Assembly (NCBI GenBank): GCA_021852265.1
Contig: JAJZNV010000016.1
Location: 189 to 64,188, forward strand
Reading direction: 5' to 3'
Source: Nanobdellota archaeon
GTDB taxonomy: Archaea > Nanobdellota > Nanobdellia > Parvarchaeales > Parvarchaeaceae
DNA length: 64,000 nucleotides
The position numbers and the translations under genes were made by a program. This document shows positions 46,574 to 57,100 of this stretch, piece after piece. Each line of letters starts with the position of its first letter. Positions within the stretch are counted from its first letter, which is position 1. The notes under the pieces are model-generated. The model worked only from the letters and a program-made list of their open reading frames with translations, had not been told where the DNA came from and did not search any database.

Positions 46574-47056
46574 ATGAACAAAGACAAGATAAGTATAACA
46601 CTTAATGATACACTTATGAGGTTTATAGACTTGGCTAGGGGAGACGTACCCAGAAGCAAGTTTATAGAGAACTATCTAAAGGACAGCCTTGGTTTGTTTG
46701 AGGCAGTATGGATTTTTCTCGATGAGCTCAGTAAAGTAAAAAAGTCCGAACTGGCATATGCACATGTTCCGTTGAGTACTCCCTTGCACAGGCATGAGGG
46801 GCTGATAGATGTGCAAAAGGATGGGCTCGATTTCTACGATAAAGACTTAAACAAGCTTTTTTCAATAAACAAAGGTGAAATAAGGCAGCTATCTGTAAAG
46901 TACGATAAGGACTTTAAAAGATTTGTACACTCCAATGTTGCTAATCCACCAATGCGCATCGCATCCAAGGATAAAAAAGTGTATCTTTTTACACGTCAGA
47001 TAGGCGCATCCATTTTCAAGGGAGAAAACAACGTGATACGGCAGACTCTACTATAA
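46574..47056 (+). CDS. hypothetical protein with possible N-terminal ribbon-helix-helix
   Basis: KISITLNDTLMRFIDLARGDVPRSKFIENYLKDSL has a beta-strand/helix/helix pattern like CopG/Arc. A TATA (46545..46552) lies about 22 nt upstream. Confidence 0.45.
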   Translation: MNKDKISITLNDTLMRFIDLARGDVPRSKFIENYLKDSLGLFEAVWIFLDELSKVKKSELAYAHVPLSTPLHRHEGLIDVQKDGLDFYDKDLNKLFSINKGEIRQLSVKYDKDFKRFVHSNVANPPMRIASKDKKVYLFTRQIGASIFKGENNVIRQTLL

Positions 47057-47100
47057 AAATAAGACCCCCATCACTGCAGGGCATCTCTGCATTCCGAAGA

Positions 47101-47787
47101 TCACTTTAGCAGATATGGTTCTAAATCCTCTGCGTTTATTACCGGCTTTTCGATCTTATCCATATCGTCTATTGCTATACGCTGGCATGCGGTGTTGATG
47201 AAAACATCTATGTCTATAAATTCATTAAGACGATTATAATTTATCTCGTCCCCAACAACAGAATACACTTTTTTACCTTCATCCTTTAATGCCTTTTTGA
47301 GAAGTTTTACGCCATAAGTCTGTCCGGACTTCGTCGATTCTATAAACATTACCCTATTTGCTTTTAATGCCAGTCCGATGCCCTGTAATATCCTTTTGTG
47401 GTATACCTCTGCGACCTTTGCAGGGATGACCTCTATGGTTTCGTTCTCTGGATCCACGTTTATCACTTCTTTTCCATATTTTACAGGAATCCCTAATATA
47501 TGGAAAACTCCCTGAGTAAACGCAAGTGTAGCATCACAATCCGGACAGTCGGCTGCATAAACATCACAGCCTAGAATCTGACCGGGATACCTCGCACGGT
47601 ATTTTGACTGCTTTAAAACGAATTCCTTTGAGGAAGTCTTCAACTTGAAATCATTCATCTGATCTATATATTGTATTGCGGCAACCAGGTTTATTTTTTT
47701 GAATGGTTCTATCGTTTTTTGTATTCTTTTTATGAAGTCATCACTAAGAATCTTCTTATACCTAGCTTCTACAAATAGCATTTCCAT
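47101..47787 (-). CDS. dph2: diphthamide synthesis protein Dph2 (radical-SAM-type ACP transferase), N-terminally short form
   Basis: YPGQILGCDV and VFINTACQRIAIDD match conserved Dph2 Cys contexts. At 228 aa it is shorter than the roughly 330-340 aa I recall for archaeal Dph2. Confidence 0.7.
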   Translation of the reverse strand: MEMLFVEARYKKILSDDFIKRIQKTIEPFKKINLVAAIQYIDQMNDFKLKTSSKEFVLKQSKYRARYPGQILGCDVYAADCPDCDATLAFTQGVFHILGIPVKYGKEVINVDPENETIEVIPAKVAEVYHKRILQGIGLALKANRVMFIESTKSGQTYGVKLLKKALKDEGKKVYSVVGDEINYNRLNEFIDIDVFINTACQRIAIDDMDKIEKPVINAEDLEPYLLK

Positions 47788-47841
47788 GTTAAGCTATAAT
47801 TGAAACATAATGTATAAATACTCAATGTTTTTAATTAGTCT

Positions 47842-48225
47842 ATGGAAATGAAAATAGTCATAAGCGACCCGAAGACGGGCAAATCCTACGGTAAAACGCT
47901 CTCTGCAGAGGAAGCACTCTCATTATCTACTAAGAGACTGGGTGAAGAGATAGACCTTTCAGTGATAGGCTTAGATGGCTATTCTGCAAGCATAACCGGC
48001 GGCAGTTACCAGACAGGTACTCCGATGAGAAAAGAAATAGACGGCATAGGGTTGAAAAAGATAATGCTGGAAAAAGGGATAGGAAATAGGCAAGGGATAA
48101 GACGCAGAAAGAGTGTTGCCGGGAATACGGTCAGTCAGTTCACTTCGCAGATAAATCTACAGATAACCAAATACGGTCAGAAGACTTTGGACGAAATTTT
48201 TACGGCGAAGAAGGAAAATGGTTGA
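47842..48225 (+). CDS. rps6e: 30S ribosomal protein S6e
   Basis: MKIVISDPKTGKSY...GLDGYSASITGGSYQTGTPMR. A TATA (47813..47820) lies 22 nt upstream. Confidence 0.9.
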   Translation: MEMKIVISDPKTGKSYGKTLSAEEALSLSTKRLGEEIDLSVIGLDGYSASITGGSYQTGTPMRKEIDGIGLKKIMLEKGIGNRQGIRRRKSVAGNTVSQFTSQINLQITKYGQKTLDEIFTAKKENG

Positions 48226-49411
48226 GGATATAATAATAGATGTCGTTGGTAGTTTCGCCGATGGCAAAACAACTCTAGTGAGGGCTTTAACCAGCGAGTC
48301 AACGCTTCGGCACAGTGAGGAACAGAAGCGGGGGATTACAATCCGCCTGGGCTACGCTCATTTCTTAGTATATAAATGTGAAAAATGCAGCGCCTTTAGT
48401 CGGTACGAAAAGTGCGAAGCATGCGGCAGCAAAGGCAGCCTTTACCGGAGAATATCAATAATAGATTCACCGGGCCATAAGACGCTAATGACGATAATGC
48501 TGAGTGGAGCGCCACTTGTCAGCGGAGCGGTTTTGGTGATAGCAGCAAATCAAAAATGCCCTCAGCCACAGACTGAAGAGCATCTTGAGGCGCTAAAAAT
48601 AATAGGCGTAAAAAATCTGGTCGTCGCGCAGACTAAAGTAGATATAGTCGGTGCCGAGCGCGCAAAGCAAAGCTTTGCCGAGATAAAAACATTCCTATCA
48701 AAAAATGGATTTGACGGCGTGAAAGTCATACCAGTATTCTCTATACAAGATATAAACATAACTGAATTGATTCAAGAAATAGGAAATTTCTCACGGGCAG
48801 CCGCAAAGACGACCGAGAATACGGAGATGTTGATAGTGCGTAGTTTTGATGTAAACAAGCCCGGCACGGAAATAGAAAAATTAAGTGGCGGTGTTTTGGG
48901 AGGCGGACTTAAATCGGGACATTTGAAAGTTGGAGACAAAATGACGATTTATCCAGGGATATTTATAAAAAATGCATGGAAACCGATAAACACTGAGGTG
49001 GTACGCATACAGAGTGAATTCGGGCAGGAGAAAGAAGCCGGCACCGGGCTTACTATCGGTATAATGACAAAAATAGACCCCGCCCTTGCCAGACGGGACA
49101 GTCTTGCTGGCAGTCTCGTAACAGCTCAAGATAAACCGCCAAGTTTTAGAAACAGGATATCACTAACCTATTCATCACTGGCTGAAAAAGAGAAAAGCGT
49201 TTTCAAAAGACCTCTGCAAAAAAATGAGACGGTTCTCGTAAACGTACTTGCGTCAAAAATACTTGGTGCAGTGAATTCGATTGCAAACGACAAAGTGACC
49301 ATTGTATTCAATAACTCCAACCTTGCATATTACCCAGGTGATAAAGTGATACTGTCTAGAAAAGTAGAAAATGTCTGGGTCCTTGCGGGCTCAGGAACAA
49401 TATATGATTAG
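48218..49411 (+). CDS. eif2g: translation initiation factor aIF2 gamma subunit
   Basis: GSFADGKTTL (G1), RGITIRLGYA, the zinc knuckle CEKCSAFSRYEKCEACGS, DSPGH and TKVD. Overlaps the S6e gene by 8 nt. Confidence 0.93.
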   Translation: MVEDIIIDVVGSFADGKTTLVRALTSESTLRHSEEQKRGITIRLGYAHFLVYKCEKCSAFSRYEKCEACGSKGSLYRRISIIDSPGHKTLMTIMLSGAPLVSGAVLVIAANQKCPQPQTEEHLEALKIIGVKNLVVAQTKVDIVGAERAKQSFAEIKTFLSKNGFDGVKVIPVFSIQDINITELIQEIGNFSRAAAKTTENTEMLIVRSFDVNKPGTEIEKLSGGVLGGGLKSGHLKVGDKMTIYPGIFIKNAWKPINTEVVRIQSEFGQEKEAGTGLTIGIMTKIDPALARRDSLAGSLVTAQDKPPSFRNRISLTYSSLAEKEKSVFKRPLQKNETVLVNVLASKILGAVNSIANDKVTIVFNNSNLAYYPGDKVILSRKVENVWVLAGSGTIYD

Positions 49412-49763
49412 AGTACTCCTTGACACAAATGCAATGGTATATTTTTTCGATAAAAAAACTGACATTAGGGCAATGCTGGACAGGGGTTTGAACACCGCTT
49501 ATGAACTTTATTATGCGGATGTTTCGATTAGTGAACTTAAGCGGATAAAAAGAAACGATGTCGTACGCTGGCTTCCAAGCGTATCCGTAAAAAAGGTATC
49601 TCCTGTAGAAGCGAAAGGACCTGTCGATGACGTCCTAATGGATATATCCAGAGCAAACGAGATGCACCTTCTAACCTTTGATAAGGTACTGGCACAGCGG
49701 GCATTATCGGCGGCCATACCAATAATTCGCATAAGTGGCCAGAATGCAAACATCGAAAAATAG
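49404..49763 (+). CDS. PIN-domain protein (Fcf1/Utp24-like)
   Basis: MIRVLLDTNAMVYFF (N-terminal acidic residue) and LLTFDKVL. A PIN gene after aIF2-gamma is, as I recall, a common archaeal arrangement. Start taken at the ATG 49404, overlapping eif2g by 8 nt. Confidence 0.7.
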   Translation: MIRVLLDTNAMVYFFDKKTDIRAMLDRGLNTAYELYYADVSISELKRIKRNDVVRWLPSVSVKKVSPVEAKGPVDDVLMDISRANEMHLLTFDKVLAQRALSAAIPIIRISGQNANIEK

Positions 49764-49777
49764 ATTTTAAAATAAGG

Positions 49778-49785
49778 TTTAAATT
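49778..49785 (+). promoter_or_regulatory. TATA box (TTTAAATT) of giant pilin-like gene 2
   Basis: Ends 22 nt upstream of the ATG at 49807. Confidence 0.5.
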
Positions 49786-49806
49786 ACATTAAGGTATTGG
49801 TATTAA

Positions 49807-52800
49807 ATGGTTAGGCGCGGCAATGTGCATCCAAAACACAGAAATCAAGCTGCCGTTGATTTTCTTATAAGCTGGGGCTGGGTTATCGCTATTGTGGTCG
49901 TAGCAATGCTTGTATTATTCGACTTAGGCGTATTTAATACTCCTCAGCAGGCTACACTGATAAATGGTTTTCAAAGCGTGCAGGTGGAAGACGCTGGAGT
50001 AAACGGCTCCCTGGCAGTGTTTCAGCTTAATAATCAATTTGGTAGAGACATCAATATAGACAGCATAATGATAACTTCGAATGGAAATGTATTCTCTCCG
50101 TCGACAGTCCAGTGTACCGTCTCACAGTTAACTGCGGGACAATCTGCAGTGTGCAGGGTGCCCTTGTCCCTAAACACGTCAAATTATGAGATCTCAGTCG
50201 CGATAAGATATTCACCATCAACATCAAATACGATATTCTTCTCCAATGGCACAGTCTCTGGCAGATTATCAAATGGTGTTATAAACTTAAACAACGCAAA
50301 TTATTATTTTAGGGAATTAGCTCTGCCAGACGGAGCCACATGGTCAGTCACTCTTGGAGGACTGACTAAAAATGCCACCGTCTCATCCAGTACCGGCGAC
50401 GTAATCTCATTCTCAGCGGCATTCGGGGCTTATAATTATAACGTCAGTAATGTCACATTTAGCGGATGTTCCTCAATTTACCCTTATCCTCTCAATGGTA
50501 TTATAACAGGGGGCGTCACTAAAGATATAGCGTATAATGGCACTTGTCCCACTACATTTACAGAAACAGGATTGGGTCAGTACATTTATGCAACGAACCG
50601 TTATAATAATACTATAGAGGTTATTGATACTGCCACCGACTCAGTTGTACGCAACATAACCTCACAGTCACAACCTGCCGAATTAGCATTAAGCGCAGAT
50701 GACCAATATCTTTATGCTACTAATCTAGACAATGGCAGCGTACAAAAATTCTCAGTGTCTACCGGTGCACTCGTTTCAACGTTTAGTGGTATTAAATCTC
50801 CGTTTATGCTTTCAATCGGCTCAAATGGAGATCTGTATACAATGAATTACTTTGGAAAGTTAGATGTGGTAAATTCGACAACCGGGACAATAATTGTAGC
50901 GAATATGTCCATTGGTGGTATTGGCGCAAATGTTGCAGCGGTACCCAGCAAGGACATCGTGTATGCCACTAATGCAACTTATAACCTTGTATTGTTCGGG
51001 CATAGTTATTGTACTGGTGATGTAGTATATGCCCTAAATAGCACGACTAATACAATAATAACCTCTATTCCTGTTGGAACATGCCCATATGGGGTAGCTG
51101 TTGCACCGAATGGTACATATGCATACGTCGCAAATTTTGTCAGTAATACGACCTCAGTAATAAGCACCGCTACAAACACAGTCGTCGCTACAATAAACGT
51201 TGGTAAGAATCCAAGTGCAGTTGCAGTATCTCCAAATTCCAAATATGTTTATGTCGGAAACCAAGCCAGTAACACAGTCTCAGTAATAAGCACTGCTACG
51301 AATACTGTCATTGCTACGATAAATCTTGGTTCGGGGAAGTCTCCATCTATAGGGGCGTCAATAACAGTAACTCCCGATGGGAGATATGTTTATGTGGCAG
51401 ATCAGCCGGTTGGAAACAATGGTGCAAGTATATCGATAATATCAACTGCGACAAATTCAGTGATTGCCAATTCTAGCCAACAAGACTTTAGTATTATTTC
51501 CGCAGCAACCATAAGTTCTAACCCCTATACATGGAACTGGAGTGTAACTTATGGGGGAAAAACAAAGTCATCTACAAATCAGAGTATAACCTTTAATAGT
51601 AATCTTGGGAATAAGTCTTATTCCGCTATTTCTTCTAAATATATATCGACTTCCTCTATAGATTGTGATGTCTTATACTCACCGAATGTGACTGCGGGAG
51701 AATTTTTGGCAGGATCATCACTGCTAGTCGGTTTTAATTCATCTACTTCATGTACGACGACATTTGTATCCCCCGGGCGCAATTACAACTCTTCACTATA
51801 TGGAACTTCATGGTGGGTTAAATATGGTACTACGAACATTTCTAACTATGTGGGAAAGAATTTTACTTTTACTTCCGCTCAAGGGGGACAAACCATTTAT
51901 GGTAGAATGATTCCATACGTCATACAGGCTACGGGAGGGTATGGCATGAATAACTGTGTGATGGTGCCACCTCTTTATCAAACTGCAGGTTTTACATTCA
52001 ATTCCACATGGTCATGTGACACCTCCTTTTATGAGGATAATCTGCCATCCGACTATAATTGGTCCGTTAGGTATGCTGGCACGGTCCAATGGTCAAAGAC
52101 ACGCTATATAAACTTTACCACCGGCACCGGTGTTTACAATAGAATTTACACGGTTATGTCGAATTCTTCAATCAACGCCTCTGGATTCCATTGTACGACT
52201 GTATATGAGCCGTCTCCAAATTCATCCGGACCACTGACAGCCGGTGACTTTCATCCGCCCGGTGCATCTTACGGAGGTCCCGTCGTAGACTATGTTAGTT
52301 CGACTTCATGCGATACAGCAATAACGACGTTTAATGAAATAGGGATGTTTTCAGGGGCTTCATGGTCAGTATATTATAATGGCACTTTAAACAGCTCTTC
52401 TGCACCGAATAGTATAACATTCTCAAGGGCAGCAGGTAATGTATATTCCTTTTCAGTCCCGGCTCCATCAAACTCGTCTGCAGGGTGTATTACATCTTAC
52501 TCTGCGAACGTTACTTCGGGTAGCCTTACGAGCGGTTCCACTAAGACCATAGGGTTTACTCATTCCACTTCATGTACAACGAAATTTATAGTGGCAGGCC
52601 TGCCACCCAATACTGTATGGCCAGTTACGTTTGACGGAGTAACGAAATATCCCATCGGTTCGTCAGTTACTTTCACTACAACCTCTGGATCGTATTCTTA
52701 TACAGAGGGACCTGTCTATTATCCTCCCGATTGCGTTTACTCACCCGACCTTTCTTCCGGAACGTTAACAGCAGGATCTAATTATTCTGTAACTTACTCT

Positions 52801-54096
52801 GCACCTTCAGGACCAAATTGTCTAATATTTGTTGCAAATTATGGTAGTAACAGTGTATCTGAGATAGACACGGCGACTAATTCATTAGTAGCTACAATGG
52901 GCACGGGTGAGAGTCCTGTGGATATGGCCCTGAATATGGTAAATGATACAATAAATATTGCAGATTACGGACCCTCCGGTGGAACTTGTTTTGTAGGCAA
53001 CTCTGAGGTCTGTTTGATAAACGTAACCACGCGGAAGATAATCACAGGAATCTCCACACCGGGGGTGCGGCAACAGTTCGGAGGAGGACCCACGATTGCA
53101 CTATCCCCTAATGAACAATACACGTACGTTATTGGGCAAGGCCTGAGCTCGCCATTCTATGGATACTTATATATCATAAACAATAAGAATGACCAGCTCG
53201 TTTCAACAATTAATCTAGGTGACAATCCGCTGCCGAGTGGCATAGTGGTTACGCCGAATGGAGAATATGTGTACGTTGTAAATAGCTATGCCCAGTCATT
53301 AATAAAGATAGATACTATAACAAATTCAATAGTTTCTACATTAAATGGAGATTGTGGTACTGGTGGAACAGTGTTGTGTGATCCAAGTGGCATGGCAATG
53401 TCACCTAACGGCAAGTATATCTATATCGCCAATGCCGGAGACAATCATATTACTGTTATAGATACTTCTTCAGGCAGGGACATAAAGAATATTAGTTTGG
53501 GAGCGGGAGTTATACACACTGCTACTGGAATAGCGCTATCGCCAAATGGTTTACTCTATACATCTAATTACTGGGGCAATACGACTGAGATTATAAATGC
53601 AACCTCATATTCAGTAGTTTCTACTGTTAATCTAGGATACGGTACGGAACCAATGGGTATAACAGCACCGACCGCAATCAATGGACAACTCTATGTTTAT
53701 GTTGCATTGTCTAAAGTAGGGAAAGTGGCGGTTTTATCTGCATCCACAAATAGCGTAATAGAGAACATAACCGTAGGCGCTAACCCAGAAGGAATCTACA
53801 GCGTTCCTGAGTTTACAACCTCCTTTGTTGAATCTGGACTCGCATCTGGACTAACATGGTCAGTAACGTATGATAATATAAAATCTAGCTCTGCAAGTGC
53901 AGCTATTGGCATAACGGTTCCAGAGGGAACGTACTACTTTAGTATACCGAATGTGCAGGGTAATTTGGTATGTAATCACCAGCTAGGAGTAGGGACTCAG
54001 TACTATTACGCCCCTTCTCCCGCCTCTGGAAGTGCAGTTGGAGGCAGCACCGAGAACGTCACATTTACAATATACTCTAAAACAGTAAGTTGCTGA
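49807..54096 (+). CDS. giant (1429 aa) class III signal / pilin-module protein with ESGL-type modules and two YVTN beta-propeller regions
   Basis: The N-terminus is HRNQAAVDFLISWGWVIAIVVVAMLVLF. The pilin module carries CTVSQLTAGQSAVCRV. Canonical YVTN blades are present (PYGVAVAPNGTYAYVANFVSNTTSVISTATNTVVATINVGKNPSAVAVSPNSKYVYVGNQASNTVSVISTATNTVIATINLG). The final module is TTSFVESGLASGLTWSVTY. Confidence 0.7.
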   Translation: MVRRGNVHPKHRNQAAVDFLISWGWVIAIVVVAMLVLFDLGVFNTPQQATLINGFQSVQVEDAGVNGSLAVFQLNNQFGRDINIDSIMITSNGNVFSPSTVQCTVSQLTAGQSAVCRVPLSLNTSNYEISVAIRYSPSTSNTIFFSNGTVSGRLSNGVINLNNANYYFRELALPDGATWSVTLGGLTKNATVSSSTGDVISFSAAFGAYNYNVSNVTFSGCSSIYPYPLNGIITGGVTKDIAYNGTCPTTFTETGLGQYIYATNRYNNTIEVIDTATDSVVRNITSQSQPAELALSADDQYLYATNLDNGSVQKFSVSTGALVSTFSGIKSPFMLSIGSNGDLYTMNYFGKLDVVNSTTGTIIVANMSIGGIGANVAAVPSKDIVYATNATYNLVLFGHSYCTGDVVYALNSTTNTIITSIPVGTCPYGVAVAPNGTYAYVANFVSNTTSVISTATNTVVATINVGKNPSAVAVSPNSKYVYVGNQASNTVSVISTATNTVIATINLGSGKSPSIGASITVTPDGRYVYVADQPVGNNGASISIISTATNSVIANSSQQDFSIISAATISSNPYTWNWSVTYGGKTKSSTNQSITFNSNLGNKSYSAISSKYISTSSIDCDVLYSPNVTAGEFLAGSSLLVGFNSSTSCTTTFVSPGRNYNSSLYGTSWWVKYGTTNISNYVGKNFTFTSAQGGQTIYGRMIPYVIQATGGYGMNNCVMVPPLYQTAGFTFNSTWSCDTSFYEDNLPSDYNWSVRYAGTVQWSKTRYINFTTGTGVYNRIYTVMSNSSINASGFHCTTVYEPSPNSSGPLTAGDFHPPGASYGGPVVDYVSSTSCDTAITTFNEIGMFSGASWSVYYNGTLNSSSAPNSITFSRAAGNVYSFSVPAPSNSSAGCITSYSANVTSGSLTSGSTKTIGFTHSTSCTTKFIVAGLPPNTVWPVTFDGVTKYPIGSSVTFTTTSGSYSYTEGPVYYPPDCVYSPDLSSGTLTAGSNYSVTYSAPSGPNCLIFVANYGSNSVSEIDTATNSLVATMGTGESPVDMALNMVNDTINIADYGPSGGTCFVGNSEVCLINVTTRKIITGISTPGVRQQFGGGPTIALSPNEQYTYVIGQGLSSPFYGYLYIINNKNDQLVSTINLGDNPLPSGIVVTPNGEYVYVVNSYAQSLIKIDTITNSIVSTLNGDCGTGGTVLCDPSGMAMSPNGKYIYIANAGDNHITVIDTSSGRDIKNISLGAGVIHTATGIALSPNGLLYTSNYWGNTTEIINATSYSVVSTVNLGYGTEPMGITAPTAINGQLYVYVALSKVGKVAVLSASTNSVIENITVGANPEGIYSVPEFTTSFVESGLASGLTWSVTYDNIKSSSASAAIGITVPEGTYYFSIPNVQGNLVCNHQLGVGTQYYYAPSPASGSAVGGSTENVTFTIYSKTVSC
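50575..51475 (+). repeat. YVTN-type propeller blade array 1 of gene 49807
   Basis: Tandem units of about 120 nt, with near-identical stretches such as tcagtaataagcac(c/t)gctac(a/g)aa(c/t)ac. Confidence 0.65.
51520..52820 (+). repeat. block of ESGL-related ~85-100-aa modules in gene 49807
   Basis: NWSVTYGGKTKSS..., SWWVKYGTTN..., NWSVRYAGTV..., ASWSVYYNGTLNSS..., VWPVTFDGVTKYP..., each ending in a Cys-containing ...S(T/S)SC(T/D)T motif. Confidence 0.55.
52822..53800 (+). repeat. YVTN-type propeller blade array 2 of gene 49807
   Basis: LIFVANYGSNSVSEIDTATNSLVATMGTGESP ... PSGIVVTPNGEYVYVVNSYAQSLIKIDTITNSIVSTL ... PSGMAMSPNGKYIYIANAGDNHITVIDTSSG. Confidence 0.65.
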
Positions 54097-54120
54097 AATA
54101 CATATCTTTTTGCGATTTGA

Positions 54121-54128
54121 TTTAAATG
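54121..54128 (+). promoter_or_regulatory. TATA box (TTTAAATG) of giant pilin-like gene 3
   Basis: Ends 22 nt upstream of the ATG at 54150. Confidence 0.5.
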
Positions 54129-54149
54129 CCTATTAAAGTATAAAAACGA

Positions 54150-57100
54150 ATGTCGGTTATAATTGCTATGTATCCAAATGGACAGTTGGGAATAAATATC
54201 GTTCTATGGGCGGCAGTTATAGTCTTCATAATAGTCGCACTGTTTTTTTTGGGAATAATACCCTTTCCTCCTTCTGCGGCATCGCATCAACAGAGTGCTA
54301 CCAATATCATCCAATTAGGTGCCGCAAAGGCAAATGCACAAACTCTGCAGTTCTCGCTTCAGAATATGAAAGCATTATCGGTTACTCCTCTTCATTTTAT
54401 AATATCGATAGATGGTCAGAACTATTCAAATGTAGCGTGTCAAAAGGCGACAATAGCACCGTTAGGGACTACTCAATGTCAAGTAAGCGGCAATTTTTCG
54501 GGCAAAACTTCTATCTCAGTATTCCTCAAAGTTTTCTTTACAATCAATTCGACTGGCAGCACATATAATTCAACTGCATCATTGATCGTTCCAGTACAGC
54601 AGAGTTCTATCCAGTCACTACAGAATAATACCAGTACGGTTTTTACAGCATTCATGGAATCTGGGTTGCCTGCCAGCACTCAGTGGACAATGGTTTTTAA
54701 TGGACAGTTTAATACTTCCTTAGGTAACCAAATTAATTTTATTTCGTCCCCAGGTAACTACACATTTAATATATCAAGCATACAGGTTGGGAACTGCGTA
54801 TACTACGCTTCCCTTTCCTCTGGTAAGATAGCTGCCGGATTAGTAAATTATGTATCATTTTCATCACAATGCTCCTCCTCTGGCAGTGGAAATACAACCG
54901 TTACGACCGCATTTACTGAATCCGGTCTGCCTTCTGGCTTGAGCTGGAGAGTAACATTTGCATCGGTGATAAATTCTTCAAAAACCAATGCAATAACATT
55001 TTCTACTTCAGCAGGTTTATACCAATATTCAGTAAGTCCATCCAGCAATAGCACTCTTAATTGTACTACCACGTATTCGCCTTCCCCGTCCGGCGGAAAT
55101 ATAAACGCTGGTACGACCAATTCAATAACATTCAGCGCGAGCAATGCGTGTAATCTGGTGATTACTACCTTTGTAGAATCTGGCTTAGCCTCAAATGCGA
55201 AGTGGACAGTTACCTATGATAATATTAATAATGACACCTACACGTCTACCTCAAACAAAATAACGTTCTCGACGATAAAGGGAACATTTGCATATTCGGT
55301 TCCGTCGGTATCAAATTCTTCCGCGTCCTGTACAACAACGTATACACCATTGCCGGCATCTGGGAACTTACAAGCAGGTTTGACCCAAACAGTCGCATTT
55401 ACTTCTTCAACGTTATGTTCTGGAGTTTATGGTATAGTTTATAGCGTTCCTATAACCGTCGCAAATCTGCAGGATAGCCCTACACCTTCGCCTTTCCAGG
55501 TGAATGTAACGATAGACAGTGCAGCATACAGCTCATATGAGGCATCAAATCTCCAGAATATAGAATTTTTCTATTCAAATGGTACAATAATACCTTCCTG
55601 GTTAGAATCTGGGAACTCAAATACTGCAACTAAAACGATTTATTGGTTAAGAATCAATGGTGGGATACCGGCGAATACTGCAATCGCGGTTTACATTGGG
55701 TTCGGTTCTTTGACTACGAACTTCTTAAGTACCAGGGCAACGGGAGAAGCGCCACAATTATCTTCTGTATACGGGGAATATGATAATGGTGCAAACGTCT
55801 TTAATTTCTATGATAATTTCGCTGGAACCGCCATAAATACGAATAAGTGGACATCGACAGGTTCGATAACAAATACCGCAATCTCAACTATAAAAGTTAC
55901 CTATGCTCCACAGGATATCACATACGATTCAATGAATGGAAATGTCTATGTTTCTAATTCTTATCCGTATAGTGTGAATCCTCTGTTTGACATTGTTAGC
56001 GTAATAAATTCCTCTTCCAATAACGTGATAAAGAACATAAGTGTAAACGGTGAGCCATTTGGAATAGCCTATAATCCAGTGAACCACTGTATATATGTCG
56101 GACTAGCATCTGATTCACCCTCTGTAAGCGTTATATCTACCATTACAAACACTATAATAAAAAATATAACAGGTATAGGGCTTCAGCCTTCTGGAATTGC
56201 ATATGATCCCGCAAATGGAGATATGTATGTTGTAAAAGGACTTTCGAACAACGTCGCTATCATTGACTCCTCTACTAATACGGTTATAAAAACTATCAAC
56301 GTCTCAAACGGTCCTTCCGGAGTAGCTTATAATCCTGCAAATAATGATATCTATGTAGCAGATTCTGCCGCAAATACCATAAGTGTTATCTCTTCCTCAT
56401 CCAATACAGTAATAAAGAACATAACTGCGGTAAGCGAACCTAAGGAATTAACATATGATCCTGTAAATAAAGATATGTATGTTTCCAATGCATACACAAA
56501 TACCGTCGGTGTAATAAACTCTTCTAACAGGGTAATAAAGAATATAACACTCGGGACGTTTAAGGCAGGCTCCTTGTTGGGGATAACTTATGATTCAGCG
56601 AATGGTGCAGTTTACGTTGCAAATACGTATGCGAATACTACAATGATAATAAATACGACCTCCAACTTACTAGTAAGCTCTGTAAAGGTTGGTGTCGAAC
56701 CTTCAGGTGTAGCATACAATAATGTCAGTGGTAACGTGTATGTGGCAAATACGGGCTCCAATACGGTAAGCGTTATACCCTCCTCACAGATACACGTGAA
56801 TAATGGACTAACAGTCCTGCCTGCAGGTATAGGAACCAACGTTCCGCCGATATACAGTAATAGTGTCTTTGCAAATGGCATTATAGACTTTTATGGTAAA
56901 ATCCCCGCTGGTGCATGCGGTTCCCTCGGAAATCCGGGTTGCCCATTAAAGAAATACATCTACGCGTTTGCGGGGGTCGCTTCACCTTCGAATCCGAATT
57001 CGAATATGTCCGGGATAGGTGAATTTTCTGGAGTTTACGGCATAAGAATCTCTAATCTTTCAAAGAAGTTTGGGGACCAGGCTATAGCGATACCTGGCTT

